A DNA stretch of 63,983 nt, counting the filler, from Basidiobolus ranarum (Eukaryota), in the NCBI GenBank assembly GCA_040143965.1. It is 3 parts of 3 records of this genome, joined end to end, with 100 filler letters (N's around TTAATTAATTAA, not from the genome) between each part and the next. Parts side by side here need not be neighbours in the genome. Positions count along the whole stretch, not along the records: positions 47,321 to 63,983 come from JASJQH010007210.1; 2 more parts are not named here. One strand, 5' to 3'. The position numbers and the translations under genes were made by a program. The notes beneath the pieces were generated by a model that saw only the letters and a list, made by a program, of their open reading frames with translations, had not been told where the DNA came from and made no database searches. Below, piece after piece: positions 60,629 through 63,983 of the stretch. Numbering within the stretch: position 1 is the stretch's first letter; each line of letters begins with the position of its first letter.

Positions 60629-62603
60629 ATGCATTCTCCAACACCTATTCAAGAGAGGTTGCGAGTAATTCTGGTAAATTACATAACTCTTCTTTAACTT
60701 TATTAAATATCAAGATAATCACAAGTTAACGATAGATGAAATTTCATTATTAACAAGTTTCTATCATTTCAGGCATTGATTGTATTAAAAAGTAAACCGG
60801 AAAATTTGAATATTTATGGTAAAAATCAAGGATATTATCCATAATTTTAAAATTTCATCATTAATTGGGATGATTTTATTATTATTAGAATATCTTACTT
60901 TAGCTGGTTGGTCCAGTAGCGTTAGTTTAAGTAAGGAAAGTATTCACTCGGAGTTGTCAGAGACTCAAGTAAAAGGAAAACGTAAACTTGAAGAAGACTC
61001 CTTAAATTTTTGGAAAAGAAGATGCTACCAATTGAGCGCTACTGTATTAGATCTTAAACAAAATCTATGCTTAAAAGATTTAGGTAATGTGTAACTAAAG
61101 TAGCATCGCTTAACATTTACAATTTAGTAAAGAACACTTCCTTTATGGTAACAGAGATAGCAAGTACTATAACAAAAAAACAAAGGAAAGGGAAATCGAC
61201 TGATCCGAATTTGGAGGCTCTAGAAAGAAGTAAAGCCTTCATAAAGACTGCCCAAGTTTGGAAACGCCACTTTGATGTTTTTAAGAGGTATGCATGGTTA
61301 TAAGCAAGTAGTAGTTCACAATTCAAATTATTGGTTTAATGTGTAGAGCTCAAGATTCAATCAAAGAGCCCGATGATATTTCCAATTTAAATGGTTCATT
61401 CGAAACCAGTATGGCTAGACTGCAGCAGATACATAAATTTATGATCAAGATGGAATCTTCATCTCGTAAGTAATAAGTTGACTTCATATTAACTAAAAAT
61501 AAAGGCTAATCAAACCATATAGAGGATATATTACCCGAAATTAAGCTAAATGCAGAAGAAACGATCTTCGAAAGTTTACGAAGAATGATAAATTATTTAA
61601 CAGACTGCCAATTGGTATTCTTTCGAAAACTCAGCGCCAAAAAATGCTCAGAAAAAAGGTTCACTATGAAGGTTTGCGAAGAGTCATTCGAGAAATTTTG
61701 TGGCTTATTTGAGAGAACTTTAAGTAATATTCAGATCCTGTGACAATACGAACCATTAATGCTCTACTTACTCATTTATAAATAGCTTTAGTGGATTCTC
61801 CGGTATTCAGTCAAGAAAAATCAGAACAATTGATAGAATATTATAGCCGTGCGTTAATTCAAATATTAAAATGGCTACCAAAGTTAGGGGAAATATATTT
61901 TACATATTTATTCGAAAAAGACAACGATAACTGGTAAGAATTTGCACAAATGTTTGAAAGTAGCATGATAAGCTATAAAAGTCATAGTAAGAACACTGTA
62001 GATATACGAGAAAAGCTCAGTGAGGCGATCATTTATTTATGCCGTAGTGGGCATTCCACGATAAGCAATGCTATTTCATTGGCAGCGATAGTTGAATGCA
62101 AGAGGTTAATTACTGCAAAATCAACACCCGATCAAAGGTCATCAATCCAATGCTCGGCTCCTGTAGCAAGTAATGATGTAGTTGGCAGCGGCTTACAGTC
62201 TGCAATGAAATACGATAATGCATACTATTTGATGTGGATATTTGATGAAACCACTATACCCTTAGTGAGCCTGGGAGATAATATCTCTCAACATAGAAAG
62301 TCAACTCAAGATAGATTCTTCCGAGGTATTTAAGCAATCTTTTGAATAACCACGTCTTCCACAGTGAAAGACAACAGTGTACTGAATGATTTGGATTTAG
62401 ATGAGAGTAGTAACTTATTTGTTGATATTTTGAATGAAACTATGACTACGGCTGCTGATGACTTCTATGGCGAAGGTTTCTGCATATACACATGGGAAAT
62501 TAGCCTACGACTGATGAATTCTGATACTTGGTTACATAACAGAGAATCCAAGATAGCAAATATGAATCAAAAGCCAAACGACAACTCTCCTTCATTTTTC
62601 TAA
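60629..62603 (+). CDS. MEI4: MEI4/Rec24/PRD2-family meiotic double-strand-break protein; 9 exons (about 60629-60673, 60773-60818, 60889-61083, 61128-61287, 61347-61465, 61523-61723, 61786-61933, 61988-62325, 62365-62603)
   Basis: All eight GT-AG introns preserve frame. Product contains RVILALIVLKSKPENLNIYEYL, FWKRRCYQLSATVLDLKQNL, KYDNAYYLMWIFDE and ILNETMTTAADDFYGEGFCIYTWEISLRL, matching in order the N- and C-terminal MEI4 signature motifs as I recall them from vertebrate MEI4. Confidence 0.8.
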
Positions 62604-62932
62604 AATATTGAATCTCTATGCACAGTTTGGTAATACAAAAAGGATAGATACCATATTCTACTTGGAAGGTTAGGGAAACACCACTTTTTGCTGGCCCGGT
62701 ATGACACAGTAAATCGATTGCCATTGCTAAAAGCTATCAGGCCAAAAATTAAAGACAATTCTTTATATGTTCAGCCAGTTAGATAGGATTCTGACCCTCC
62801 TCCTCCCTCTAAAAAATCACGTATCCATGTAACTTGTTTTGGAATGAAACTCTTTAGTATATTCCGTTTAATAGTCATGCATAATGATGAAAATAATATA
62901 AAAATACCGAGTTGAAGCAAGTGCAAAATCAT

Positions 62933-63028
62933 TGCTCCAGGCGGGGATCGAACCCGCGGCCTTCGCGTGACTCAAGTATAGAGAGTTACTCTATAAGCAC
63001 GACGCATTAACCACTTTGCTACTGGAGC
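62933..63028 (-). tRNA. tRNA-Ile (TAT) with 23-nt intron (62969-62991)
   Basis: GCTCCAG TAGCAAAGTGGTTAATGCG TCGTG CT TAT A [intron] A CGCGA AGGC CGCGG GTTCGATCCCCGC CTGGAGC A: acceptor stem pairs, intron at canonical 37/38, 73 nt mature, T4 run downstream. Confidence 0.96.
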
Positions 63029-63547
63029 TTCTTGGTGGGAACAAGTCATGGATTGAAATCATACCCATCCAGATCGGCGGAATCCAAATATTCAACTAAA
63101 TAACTTGTAGACATTTCAAGGATCGAAGTATACTGGCCATAATAAGCTATGTTGATCTAATATGCACACTAAAAAGTAAATCATTCAAGAATTCGATTTT
63201 TCTTTTTAAAGTAGCAACTTTAAGAGGAGAAAAATAGTAGAAGTAAGGGAAGGATTCGTCTCATGTGCATAGGCTATTGAGCATACTATACTTATGAAGA
63301 GGAGGGAAGGAGTTAGAGAAGATTGTTTGGTTTGAAGTTTTGCTCAATTGAGGGTAAAAGCACCATGTGTATAAATAATGACAATTCTTTAGCAAAGGAA
63401 AAAGGATGTGCACTACGCTAAAAACATGCTCTGGTGACTAAGATAGGCTTTTGACGTTGTCAAATAACGTGTCTATTCTATATCTCCCTAGAGAAGGTGA
63501 CTTATTAGATATTGTATATTCCAGCGACAACCTGAGGTAAATCAAAA

Positions 63548-63618
63548 TGCATACTCGGGGAATCGAACCCCGGTCTACCGCGTGGCAGGCGGTAATTATA
63601 CCACTAAACCAAGTATGC
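63548..63618 (-). tRNA. tRNA-Gly (GCC)
   Basis: GCATACT TGGTTTAGTGGTATAATT ACCGC CT GCC AC GCGGT AGAC CGGGG TTCGATT CCCCG AGTATGC A: full cloverleaf, 71 nt, TTTT immediately downstream. Confidence 0.97.
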
Positions 63619-63983
63619 AATTACGAAAGTTTCCCGCCTACATAATTTGTTGAGTCAATCAAGAAATAACCGACCAATTTTTCTTACCCCTTAATTCAAG
63701 AATGTGTGAATTTAGTTAGTTGCTCTACGTATGTATGATATATATAACCACCGTATTTATCAGTTTTGAAGCACTGGGAATAATGATACCATCCAAATCA
63801 ATTCTCAATGTCAAGCTGACATTTAAATTCTGGGATTGATAGGGAAACTTCATATATTAGGGTTAGCTTGATGGTTTGGTTGCCAGCGCTGAAAGGGAGT
63901 ATAGTGCGGTGAGTCCGTGGTTCAAACCTCCTACGGACGTTTGAGAAACGCAAAAAACACGGCAATAAAACTGCGGGGTTATG

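Noticed and set aside
63905-63950. Hammerhead ribozyme or tRNA-Sec (TGAGTCCGT..GGAC; TTCAAA)
   Set aside because: Lacks the CUGANGA and GAAA core in the right positions, and no anticodon stem forms around TCA.

Overview
Eukaryotic, intron-rich (mostly 40-100 nt introns), AT-rich genomic DNA from a fungus, most likely an early-diverging lineage (inferred from gene content, not determined). Two artificial 100-nt N spacers carrying the six-frame stop linker TTAATTAATTAA (23610-23709, 47221-47320) split the window into three segments, so linkage across them is unproven. Segment 1: 3' end of a MEIOB-like gene, REM-less RasGEF, DHX40-like DEAH helicase, two F-box-type genes, PX-domain SGK3-like kinase, small membrane protein, GPI-anchored chitin deacetylase, COX16, alpha-arrestin and a broken GH18 gene. 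Segment 2: IRE1, EFR3, prenylcysteine oxidase-like gene, PRKX-type PKA catalytic subunit, class IV chitin synthase and a gap-truncated gene end. Segment 3: MED12, a RIM4-like triple-RRM gene, a 9-exon gene I reconstruct as a MEI4 orthologue, tRNA-Ile(TAT) and tRNA-Gly(GCC). The main signal, largely hidden from the ORF track by splicing, is meiotic: a tandem RIM4-MEI4 pair plus MEIOB. Several genes also have animal-like architectures (SGK3, PRKX, DHX40). All homology calls are from remembered family motifs; no searches were run.
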